Assembly (NCBI RefSeq): GCF_000010625.1 | Contig: NC_010296.1 | Span: 3,270,001 to 3,302,000 of the forward strand | Source of the DNA: Microcystis aeruginosa NIES-843 | GTDB lineage: Bacteria; Cyanobacteriota; Cyanobacteriia; Cyanobacteriales; Microcystaceae | DNA: 32,000 nt | Direction of reading: 5' to 3' | Part shown: positions 1-7,198 of the stretch, in pieces | How the letters are laid out: every line of letters starts with the position of its first letter | Numbering within the stretch: position 1 is the stretch's first letter | Notes under the pieces: generated by a model | Database searches by the model: none | Told to the model about the DNA's origin: nothing | What the model saw: the letters and a program-made list of their open reading frames with translations, nothing else | Position numbers and translations under genes: made by a program

Positions 1-534
1 GATCGCTGGAATGATATCGCTCTCATCAATCAGCCAAAACAATATAATCCTTTTGGAAAATTCTATAATATACCCGCCACCGTGCAAACAAAAATGACTA
101 TAATAAACCAGTTCTGGCTAGAGAGAAATGAGCAAACTGACTGGGTTATTACTCTTACTCTTGCATCTTTGTATCAAAATCGGGTTCACCTTATTCCCAA
201 AACTTCTTTGATCTATAATATAGGTTTTGGACACCCAGAATCTAAAACCTATAAAGGGAAAGAAGCATCATGGGTAAACTCTGCCTATAGTTCCTCATTC
301 CGCCCCAATAGCTTACCTAGCAGTCTTGAGTTAATTGACCTTTTAAAAAATGAGATTAGTGGCATAGAATTGGCGCATTACCTGTATCGCAAGGGTATTG
401 CTATTAATTTAGAAGCACTATTTTACTACCTAAAAAAATATCGTGACATTCAAAGTCGCCTAGAATTTGTGAAGCTATTTATGGCTCACTCTCCCTTTAG
501 TTTGAAAAGAATTCGCCTTCGCCTAGGTTTATAG
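1..534 (+). CDS. glycosyltransferase, C-terminal part (5' end lies outside the window)
   Basis: Frame 1 is open from base 1, with no stop before the GTG at 82, so the ORF-track start is artificial. The stretch HLIPKTSLIYNIGFGHPES resembles the C-terminal NIGFG region common in GT2-type transferases. A second transferase gene follows 24 bp downstream. Confidence 0.45.
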   Translation, partial: DRWNDIALINQPKQYNPFGKFYNIPATVQTKMTIINQFWLERNEQTDWVITLTLASLYQNRVHLIPKTSLIYNIGFGHPESKTYKGKEASWVNSAYSSSFRPNSLPSSLELIDLLKNEISGIELAHYLYRKGIAINLEALFYYLKKYRDIQSRLEFVKLFMAHSPFSLKRIRLRLGL

Positions 535-558
535 TTTAGTAGATACTTAATAGAAAAT

Positions 559-1518
559 ATGAATAGCTCTAGAAAATTTCTGATTTGTAAAGGTTCCTCT
601 GGCATGGGAAACCGAATTCTGGCCGCCTGTGGTGCAATAATCTATAGTGAAATTAGTAATCGCCAGTTAGTTATTGATTGGCGGGATAATACTTATTGTC
701 ATGACGATATCAACTCCTTCCCTCTATTTTTTAACTGTCCAAAGACCGTTTCAGTAGAATCTATACCTGATACCAAGTCTGTCTATCCTGAGATATGGAT
801 TGATAAGTTAGATCAATCTTTTGGTGGACTAAGAAAAGATTTAAGGATTTCGGATCAATCTATGTCGGTTGAATTATCTAGAACAAATTATGAGAGTGAG
901 ATTCTGGTTTTCTGTGCCTATACTCATAAAATCAACCAGATGAGACAACTTTTTCATGGGAAGTTCGATTACTTGGCAAAAATGGATGATCGTACTATTA
1001 TCAAACAGGTATTAAACTCTCATCTAAGCCTGAAACCTGAAATTATTCAGTCTATCGAAGATTTCCGATCATCTTACTTTGGAGTGAATACCCTAGGCGT
1101 TCATGTCAGATACACAGACATGAAGATTCCTTTAGATAAGCTAATTACTAATACTAAAAAAATCAACAAAAACAATAAATTTAACAGCATTTTCTTGGCT
1201 ACAGATTCTCAAGAAGTTGTTGAAAAATTTCAAGAGGAGTTCCCAAATATTATCACCACACCAAAATGGTTTCCACCATCGGGAGAAAGAATGCACCAGA
1301 ACTGGGATCAATGTCCTGATCGCGTTCAAAATGGCATAGAAGCATTAATGGATATGTATTTGTTAGCCAGTTGTAATGATTTGATTTTTTCTTCACAGTC
1401 CTCCTTTGGTTTAGTGGCATCAATCCTAAGTAAAGCCAGTAAACAACATCTCCACGATGTGAATTCTTCTTCATTCATTGAAAAAGTAAAAGCGAAAATT
1501 AGAGGTATTGCCAAATAG
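559..1518 (+). CDS. NodZ-like (GT23-type) fucosyltransferase family protein
   Basis: The N-terminus FLICKGSSGMGNRILAACGAIIYSEISNRQLVIDWR parallels the NodZ pattern (R..GFGD....A..Y......L.IDWR). Later motifs GVHVRYTD, IFLATDS and ALMDMYLLASCNDLIF..SSFG match the conserved NodZ/fucosyltransferase blocks as I recall them. Confidence 0.55.
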   Translation: MNSSRKFLICKGSSGMGNRILAACGAIIYSEISNRQLVIDWRDNTYCHDDINSFPLFFNCPKTVSVESIPDTKSVYPEIWIDKLDQSFGGLRKDLRISDQSMSVELSRTNYESEILVFCAYTHKINQMRQLFHGKFDYLAKMDDRTIIKQVLNSHLSLKPEIIQSIEDFRSSYFGVNTLGVHVRYTDMKIPLDKLITNTKKINKNNKFNSIFLATDSQEVVEKFQEEFPNIITTPKWFPPSGERMHQNWDQCPDRVQNGIEALMDMYLLASCNDLIFSSQSSFGLVASILSKASKQHLHDVNSSSFIEKVKAKIRGIAK

Positions 1519-2086
1519 TTTGTACGAGCAATTAACCCGAACCAACCTTAATGATGTCTATGCCATGGCAAACTTGGGGAGTTACCAACTAATGCTTAAT
1601 TCTCTCAATCGCCTTTTCTCGCCTTTAGTATCTAGCGTTTTACATACCATAATTATCTCCGGTTGTCAAGGTGCAAATGTATTAACTTCGGCGAATAATT
1701 CCCAGAGAAATCAATGGCAAAAAGTGACCGTAATCGAGGGTTTAGAGCATCCTTGGTCGATGGTTTGGCTACCTAACGGGGAAATCCTCATCACAGAGCG
1801 CCCCGGTCGTTTAAGAGTAGTTAGAGAGGGCAAATTAGACCCAAAAGCCATCGCTGGAGTTCCCGAAGTTTTTGCCGTCGGACAAGGAGGACTGCTCGAT
1901 GTGGCAATTCATCCCCAATTTGCCCAAAATCGCTGGATTTATCTAACTTATGCCCACGGAGACCAGGAGGCTAATCGTACCCGCGTCGCTCGTGCGGTTT
2001 ATCTCAAATGTCGGGGTGAAGACCCTCGCACTTAGCGACGGGATGAAACCCCGACCAATATAAAACAGCGAAGCACGACTAAAATC

Positions 2087-2115
2087 TTGACAATCTATGC
2101 TGTACAGGTTAATAT
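2087..2115 (+). promoter_or_regulatory. sigma70-type promoter candidate for tnpB
   Basis: TTGACA (2087-2092), a 17-nt spacer, then TAATAT (2110-2115), about 30 nt upstream of the tnpB ATG. Confidence 0.45.
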
Positions 2116-2143
2116 AAAATAAGTTGTTTGAGGTCGATAAACA

Positions 2144-3316
2144 ATGATTGTCTTAGAAATGAAAGCCGTGGTCAAACCAAGTCAGTGTTCTGCCATTGAT
2201 GAAGCTATTCGTACAGTACAATTCATCAGAAACAAAGCATTAAGGCTTTGGATAGATGCCAAGAGGGAAGACAAAATCGATAAATATTCTCTCAATAAAT
2301 ATTGTGCAGTTCTCGCCAAACAGTTCAAGTTTGTCGATACTCTAAATTCTATGGCTAGACAAGCATCGGCCGAACGGGCCTGGTCAGCTATTGCCCGTTT
2401 CTATGACAATTGTAAGAAAAAAATAAAAGGTAAAAAAGGCTATCCCAAGTTTCAGAAAAATAATCGTTCTGTGGAATATAAAAACTGTGGGTGGAAACTA
2501 TCAGAGGATAGAAAGAAAATAACTTTCACAGATAAGAAAAACATTGGGACGGTTAAACTAAAAGGAACTAGAGACCTAAACTTTTATCCTATAGACCAAA
2601 TTAAACGAGTTAGAATTGTTAAACGAGCGGATGGTTACTATGTCCAATTCTGTCTAAGTGTTGATATTCGGGAATATGCGAAACCCCTAGAACCGACTAA
2701 AAGATGTGTGGGATTGGATGTAGGTTTAAAAGTTTTCTACGCTAATAGTGATGGGGAAACGGTAGAAATACCGCAATACTATCGCCAGGCAGAAAAAAGA
2801 TTAAACCGTCTAAATCGGAAAAAATCTAAAAAGTTTAGAAAAGGTCAACCTCAGTCAAACAACTACCAAAGGGCCAGAAAGAGGTATGCTAGAAAACATT
2901 TAAGAGTAAGTAGGCAACGTAGAGGCTTTGTCGAAAAAGAGGCATTGCGCGTCATTAAATCTAACGATTTCATCGCTTACGAAAACTTAAATATTCAAGG
3001 CATGGTAAAAAACTCTAGAATAGCTAAATCTATTAATGATGTGGCTTGGTCAACTTTTCGGCAATGGTTAGAATATTTTGGTTTTAAATATGGTAAGGCT
3101 ACAGTAGCAGTAGCCCTCCATAACACGAGTCAGGATTGTTCTAATTGTGGTCAAAAAGTACCTAAATCTCTATCTACAAGAACCCATATTTGTCCTGAAT
3201 GTGGCTATGTAGAAGATAGAGATATTAACGCCGCTATCAATATTCTCAAAAAGGGACTAAGTACCGTGGGACACACGGAAACTAATACGCTTGGGGAGAG
3301 ATTCCCTCTGGTTTGA
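2144..3316 (+). CDS. tnpB: TnpB RNA-guided endonuclease (IS605 OrfB family), apparently intact
   Basis: 390 aa. RuvC-like motifs are GLDVGLK (D), IAYENLN (E) and DRDINAAINI (D). The zinc finger is CSNCG...CPECG. The lysine-rich central linker is typical of TnpB. Confidence 0.9.
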   Translation: MIVLEMKAVVKPSQCSAIDEAIRTVQFIRNKALRLWIDAKREDKIDKYSLNKYCAVLAKQFKFVDTLNSMARQASAERAWSAIARFYDNCKKKIKGKKGYPKFQKNNRSVEYKNCGWKLSEDRKKITFTDKKNIGTVKLKGTRDLNFYPIDQIKRVRIVKRADGYYVQFCLSVDIREYAKPLEPTKRCVGLDVGLKVFYANSDGETVEIPQYYRQAEKRLNRLNRKKSKKFRKGQPQSNNYQRARKRYARKHLRVSRQRRGFVEKEALRVIKSNDFIAYENLNIQGMVKNSRIAKSINDVAWSTFRQWLEYFGFKYGKATVAVALHNTSQDCSNCGQKVPKSLSTRTHICPECGYVEDRDINAAINILKKGLSTVGHTETNTLGERFPLV

Positions 3317-3390
3317 TTGGATACGTCCTGTCAGATTAAGGAAACTCGATGAACCAAGAATCCCTCGCATGAGCGCGACGGGAGTGTCAA
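3230..3390 (+). ncRNA. predicted omega/right-end RNA of TnpB element 1 (5' limit approximate)
   Basis: In characterised TnpB systems the guide RNA scaffold spans the 3' end of tnpB through the right end. Here that region contains the hairpin at 3362-3382 and ends at TGTCAA (3385-3390). The guide would be read from 3391 onward. No expression data are available. Confidence 0.4.
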
Positions 3391-3588
3391 GATGGTGCAA
3401 GTTTGCGAGATGTGCGGGTTATTTTTGAAGTTTCCCAGGCAAAAACCGACTCTCAACACTTCGGTTCGCGGTTATTATGGCTACCGGATGGCACTTTATT
3501 GGTAGCGATTGGGGACGGGGGTAATCCTCCTCTACAATTAGCGGGAGATTTAATTAGAAAACAGTCCCAAAATCTGCAAAGTCATTTA

Positions 3589-3804
3589 GGTAGACTTTGC
3601 TGAATAAAGCTAAAAACCTTGTTGGGTAAGACTTTTAGACCTTTTGGCAATCAAAAAGTACTGGATATGGGAGTGATCGGGGGGAAATTTAGGCACTTTT
3701 TCCCTGAAAATTAGGTAATTGGCCACCTGAAAATGAGTAAAACCCTACACCCTACACCCCACACCCCACACCCTGCCCCCAGGAAAAACTTTTTCAGCAG
3801 ACCC
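3589..3804 (+). mobile_element. MITE family A, copy 1 (TA-flanked)
   Basis: About 85-90 percent similar by eye to the copies at 19814-20026, 25819-26016 and 28581-28788. Removing it plus one TA restores ..SHLG|KIIRIN.. in the dehydrogenase. Imperfect terminal inverted repeats read GGG(C/T)TTGCTGAA(T/A)AA. The left boundary is ambiguous by a few bases because TAGGTA is repeated at both junctions. Confidence 0.8.
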
Positions 3805-4060
3805 TAGGTAAAATTATCCGCATCAATGACGATGGTTCTCTACCTAAAGATAATCCTTTTGCCGGTTCTAAAATTTGGAGTTATGGTCATCGGAATATTC
3901 AAGGAATCAGCTTTGATCCGATGACTAAAAGAGTCTGGGCAACAGAACATGGAGCGCAAGGAGGGGATGAATTAAATTTAATTGAAAAAGGTAAAAATTA
4001 TGGTTGGCCAGTGGTTTCTGCTATACGGCACTAATACCCCAGTTTCCAGCGAAGAATCTC

Positions 4061-4247
4061 GGTTCTTCGTTACTTGGTATGGTTCGATAGGGGGTCATAA
4101 ATCGACTAAATCCTTATCTGGTAAGAGACTTAATTGATTAGTTCGCTCTAGATCAAAAATAATTGACAAAAATCGCTAAATGCCTTTCTATATAAGGGTT
4201 CCATCCCTTATAACCCCCGTCCATTGCATAACAATTACCGAAGAGCC
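4061..4247 (-). mobile_element. MITE family B, copy 1 (ISL3-derived, 8-bp target duplication)
   Basis: Termini are GGTTCTTCGTTAC... and ...GGTAATTGTTATGCAATGG in reverse complement (GGCTCTTCGG...). A perfect 8-bp direct repeat AGAATCTC flanks it (4053-4060 and 4248-4255). A second copy lies in opposite orientation at 19501-19688. Confidence 0.85.
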
Positions 4248-4642
4248 AGAATCTCGACCCGGTCTGATTGATCCGAAAACAATTTGGACACCTGCGATCG
4301 CTCCTTCGGGATTGGTCTTTTATACCGGTAATCGCTTTCCTAATTGGCAGGGAAATTTATTTGCCGGTGGTTTAGTTTCCAGGGATATTCGCCGTCTGTC
4401 AGTGGATAAATCGGGTGAAATTATCAATCAAGAAGCGATTCCCATCGGTCAGAGGGTGCGGGATGTGCGTCAAAGTCCCGACGGATTTTTATACCTGCTC
4501 ACCGATGAAGGTAACGGTCAATTAATTCGCCTTGAACCGCCATCTAATTTGTAAAAGTTCACAGAAATTATTATGGAAACCTTGAAGATTTTTTAGTGAA
4601 TTCTAGTATAGTTATGTTTGTACGGGAGCAAGCACTCGATTT

Positions 4643-5542
4643 ATGAAGAAAATTTTACAGTTAGTGGGACTAGGTTGCATATTACCTATGTTCCTCGCTA
4701 GTGCAAGTTTAGCGGAAACAGTGGTGGAAAAAGTGGCTCGCACGGGATTTTTGACCGTAGGAACCCGTTTTGATGCGATTCCCTACTCCTACATCGATGA
4801 TAAGGGGGAATTAGTCGGCTATTCTATGGATGTGTTGGAACGAATTAGAAAACGACTGGAAACTCGTCTCGGTCGTCCCGTCACCCTGCAAATGATTGAA
4901 GCTAACCAACCCGGAGAGAAAATTAATCTCATTCGTAGCGGGGAAATCGATATCGCTTGTAGTACGGCTTTTACTTGGGAAAGGGCGAAAGTGGTCGATT
5001 TTTCCATCAGTTACAGCATTTCTGGGATTAGGATTTTAGCCAAAAAAGGTAGCAATCTCTCCACTCCTCAATCCCTAATCGGTAAACGCATCGCCTTGGT
5101 TCCCACTTCTGCGGCCGTCGATGTGATTAAATTAGTACAACCGCAAGCGACAATTGTTACTACCTACAGCACCGTAGAAGAAGCGATCGAAGCTTTAAAA
5201 ACCGGTAAAATCGACGCAATAGCGGGGGATAGCATCTCTTTAGCGGGAACAATCCTCAGAGATAACCCTAAAATCTACGAAATCGTCCCCGAAGAAGCTC
5301 TAGCTAATTTTGGCATCGCTTGCATGGTTCCCGAAAATAACTCTACTTTTTTGGATGATGTCAACTATGCCATTGTTAAAATGATGCAGGATTACATCAC
5401 CAATGATACGGCCACCGTTAGTCAAATCGATCGCTGGTTCGGTAGTCAAGGCATGGTTCCCATCCCCCCAGAATTATTAAAGGGGTTTTTTGCCTTCAAA
5501 GTTATCGAACACGCCCAAATTAATCCCCAAGAAGCCAAATAG
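4643..5542 (+). CDS. periplasmic substrate-binding protein, family 3 (amino-acid ABC transporter type)
   Basis: 299 aa with an N-terminal signal peptide (..LASASLA). Typical SBP-3 blocks are present: LTVGTRFDAIPYSY.D..GELVGYSMDV, GEIDIA, FSISY and GKIDAIAGD. No permease or ATPase gene is present in the window. Confidence 0.75.
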   Translation: MKKILQLVGLGCILPMFLASASLAETVVEKVARTGFLTVGTRFDAIPYSYIDDKGELVGYSMDVLERIRKRLETRLGRPVTLQMIEANQPGEKINLIRSGEIDIACSTAFTWERAKVVDFSISYSISGIRILAKKGSNLSTPQSLIGKRIALVPTSAAVDVIKLVQPQATIVTTYSTVEEAIEALKTGKIDAIAGDSISLAGTILRDNPKIYEIVPEEALANFGIACMVPENNSTFLDDVNYAIVKMMQDYITNDTATVSQIDRWFGSQGMVPIPPELLKGFFAFKVIEHAQINPQEAK

Positions 5543-5556
5543 GAGCATAAATTCAG

Positions 5557-5931
5557 GTGAATATCAGCAATAAAACTGGTTTAGTCGGCTTTCTTCTCGC
5601 TTTATCTGCCTTCGGTCTGACTAGCACTGCCCAGGCCGCCTCAGACGAGGCTAATCCCATTGAAGCGCGTTTAAGTCGTCTATCTAGCGCTGTACGCGAA
5701 CGGGTTAACCAACTGCCGTCCGGTACTGCCGATCCTAGTTTACAAGCTTTAGGCTGGGGAGATGGTGGCAATCGCGGTTGGGGGAATAGTCGTGCTGGCG
5801 GTTGGGTAGATGGTCGCGGCGGTAGTTTCGTTAATGCGCGGCCCTGGCGTAATGGTTGGTCTGACGGTGGTGGTTTCTTTAATTCCCGACCGCGCTGGGG
5901 TAATGGTGGCGGTTTCTTAAATCGTTGGTAA
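5557..5931 (+). CDS. secreted Gly/Trp/Arg/Asn-rich repeat protein, GrrA/OscA-like candidate RiPP precursor
   Basis: GTG start 14 bp after the SBP stop, with GGAG at 5542-5545. Signal peptide has an AQA|AS cleavage motif. The C-terminal 62 aa contain nine aromatic-X-(N/D) triads embedded in Gly runs. A strong terminator follows. Confidence 0.6.
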   Translation: MNISNKTGLVGFLLALSAFGLTSTAQAASDEANPIEARLSRLSSAVRERVNQLPSGTADPSLQALGWGDGGNRGWGNSRAGGWVDGRGGSFVNARPWRNGWSDGGGFFNSRPRWGNGGGFLNRW

Positions 5932-5935
5932 GTAA

Positions 5936-5980
5936 GGTTGGGTGAGGGGATAACTTTATCCCCGTCCCAACCCCGGTTTT
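5936..5980 (+). terminator. rho-independent terminator
   Basis: Nested hairpin GGTTGGG-tga-GGGGATAA-ct-TTATCCCC-gt-CCCAACC, followed by CCGGTTTT. Confidence 0.75.
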
Positions 5981-5992
5981 ACGATGAAATCT

Positions 5993-6163
5993 AGGGTGAT
6001 TATTTTGAGGCAGAAAGACTCCATCAAGACGAAAAGAAAATTGTTTGACTTCCACTGAGTCAAAGCGGTAGTTATTCGCTTCGCTGATAGGGAGTTGAAT
6101 TAATTCAAAGAAGATAGAGGGGAAAGATTGAAAGAGTTGATAAAAAATCGTGTCAGTTTTCAT
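5993..6163 (-). pseudogene. 5' fragment of an Rpn-like/DUF2887 gene (partial duplicate of 6850-7024)
   Basis: The first ~57 codons (MKTDTIFYQLFQSFPSIFFELIQLPISEANNYRFDSVEVKQFSFRLDGVFLPQNNHP) are about 95 percent identical in DNA to the start of the neighbouring full gene. About 15 bp of leader (to ~6178) is also shared. Homology stops at ~5993, and the rest of ORF 5879-6163 reads through the terminator of the opposite-strand gene. Confidence 0.8.
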
Positions 6164-6193
6164 GCTTTTATTTTACAAGGCGATCGCATTTTT

Positions 6194-7024
6194 TTATGTC
6201 CCGTTTTGTATAGCTCTAACCTGTTCAACCTCTAACTCTAACGCGGATGCGACTTGCTCAACACTTAACCCTAAGGCTAACAAACGAGGGACCGCCTCTA
6301 GTGCTTTGTTTAGTCTGCCTTCCTGACGACCTTCCTGACGACCTTCCTGACGACCTTCCTGACGCGCTTCTTCGCGCACATCTTGAAAATACTGAGTCTG
6401 TTTTAATTCATCTAAACTAAACATAGTTTCTATCTCCCGACGATTGAGAAGCGGTAACTTATAAACGAGAATCGTCTCTATTAATTGTAAGAGTTCTTGC
6501 GGTTTTTGGTCGGGGGTTAATTCTTGCCGCACTCTTTGGATTAATTTTCGGGTGCTATCAATCGCTTTTGCTTTAGATAGGGTGATTAATTGGACTGTAG
6601 CTAAACCAATCGAAGTTTGAGGAATGTTTTCTAATTCATTCAGATAAATCCGTCTCACTCGCTCGGAGTTGAGGAGTTCCCGATAGCGTTGAACTTTATC
6701 GGTTTCTACTTGAGGGTTAGGATAGACAATCACACCCCGCCAATCATTGGTTAAGTCAGTTTTACTGAGATATAAGAATATTTCGGTGAAAAAGCGCTGA
6801 TAAAAAGCCTCATCTTCTTGAAATTGTACCTCACAGAAGTAGATAGGAGTCTGGGGGTGATTATTTTGAGGCAGAAAGACTCCATCGAGACGAAAGGAAA
6901 GTTGTTTGACTTCCACTGAGTCAAAGCGGTAGTTATTCGCTTCGGTGATAGGGAGTTGAATTAATTCAAAGAAGATAGAGGGGAATGATTGAAAGAGTTG
7001 ATAAAAAATCGTGTCAGTTTTCAT
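6194..7024 (-). CDS. Rpn-family recombination-promoting nuclease / putative transposase-like protein (cyanobacterial DUF2887 type)
   Basis: 276 aa. The N-terminus MKTDTIFYQLFQ.FP and the block VEVKQ.SFRLDGVF.P......IYF.EVQFQ are typical of the PD-(D/E)XK Rpn/DUF2887 family as I recall it. The C-terminus is helix-turn-helix-like, with a (QEGR)4 repeat. Confidence 0.65.
   Translation of the reverse strand: MKTDTIFYQLFQSFPSIFFELIQLPITEANNYRFDSVEVKQLSFRLDGVFLPQNNHPQTPIYFCEVQFQEDEAFYQRFFTEIFLYLSKTDLTNDWRGVIVYPNPQVETDKVQRYRELLNSERVRRIYLNELENIPQTSIGLATVQLITLSKAKAIDSTRKLIQRVRQELTPDQKPQELLQLIETILVYKLPLLNRREIETMFSLDELKQTQYFQDVREEARQEGRQEGRQEGRQEGRLNKALEAVPRLLALGLSVEQVASALELEVEQVRAIQNGT
6318..6365. repeat. 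12-bp tandem repeat x4 (CCTTCCTGACGA) inside the Rpn-like gene
   Basis: Three perfect units plus a fourth with one mismatch. It encodes EGRQEGRQEGRQEGR on the minus strand. Confidence 0.95.
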
Positions 7025-7198
7025 ACTCTTATTTTATAGCAGTACGCACGAAGATTAGGACGTTTTGCTCCCCCCTAACCCCTAAAATAGCTCAATCTTA
7101 ATCATTACTGATTAATTTAAGATGTTTCCTTGGCGAACCCTTCCAGTCTCTCCCTGATGGGCTTTTTTCCGGATTCATCAATAAAAAACGGAGAATAC

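Larger units (their letters stand above)
2003..3390 (+). mobile_element. IS200/IS605-family element carrying only tnpB (IS1341-like, no tnpA)
   Basis: Joining base 2002 to base 3391 restores the host reading frame (..RVARAVY|DGASLRDV..) with no duplicated bases. The same imperfect palindrome CCCTCGC(N5-6)GCGACGGG occurs near the left end (2023-2042) and the right end (3362-3382). The 5' flank is TTTAT and the 3' terminus is TGTCAA. Confidence 0.85.
1592..4554 (+). pseudogene. PQQ-dependent sugar (glucose/sorbosone) dehydrogenase, disrupted by three insertions and one frameshift
   Basis: Four collinear fragments translate as one beta-propeller dehydrogenase. Fragment 1592-2002 has a lipoprotein-like N-terminus (..IISGC) followed by GLEHPWSMVWLPNGEILITERPGRLRVV. 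Fragment 3391-3588 reads DGASLRDVRVIFE...GDGGNPP. Fragment 3807-4060 reads GKIIRINDDGSLPKDNPF...HRNIQG...KGKNYGWPVVS. Fragment 4248-4554 reads ESRPGLIDPKTIWTPAIAPSGLVFY...LIRLEP. ORF-track entries 1508-2035, 3403-3603 and 4180-4554 are pieces of this gene. Confidence 0.85.

Noticed and set aside
1141-1514. Minus-strand ORFs 1141-1329, 1253-1474 and 1326-1514
   Set aside because: They lie entirely antisense to the well-supported NodZ-like gene. Their composition is low-complexity with no recognisable motifs. They are typical shadow ORFs.
3740-3776. Heptamer, 12-mer and other short tandem arrays as CRISPR repeats
   Set aside because: The units are 7-12 bp and directly abutting, with no spacers. 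No cas genes are present. They are microsatellite-type arrays inside MITEs or a coding region.
3403-4554. ORFs 3403-3603 and 4180-4554 as independent small proteins
   Set aside because: They are fragments of the disrupted dehydrogenase. The first 23 codons of 4180-4554 are translated MITE-B sequence.
4819-5771. Antisense ORFs 4819-5007 and 5553-5771
   Set aside because: They overlap the binding-protein gene and the Gly-rich peptide gene on the opposite strand. The second is an Arg/Pro-rich mirror of the Gly/Trp codon repeats.
5879-6163. 94-aa ORF treated as a real gene
   Set aside because: Only the first ~57 codons are homologous to the Rpn-like gene. The remainder reads through a terminator hairpin and the 3' end of the opposite-strand gene. 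It is annotated as a gene fragment instead.
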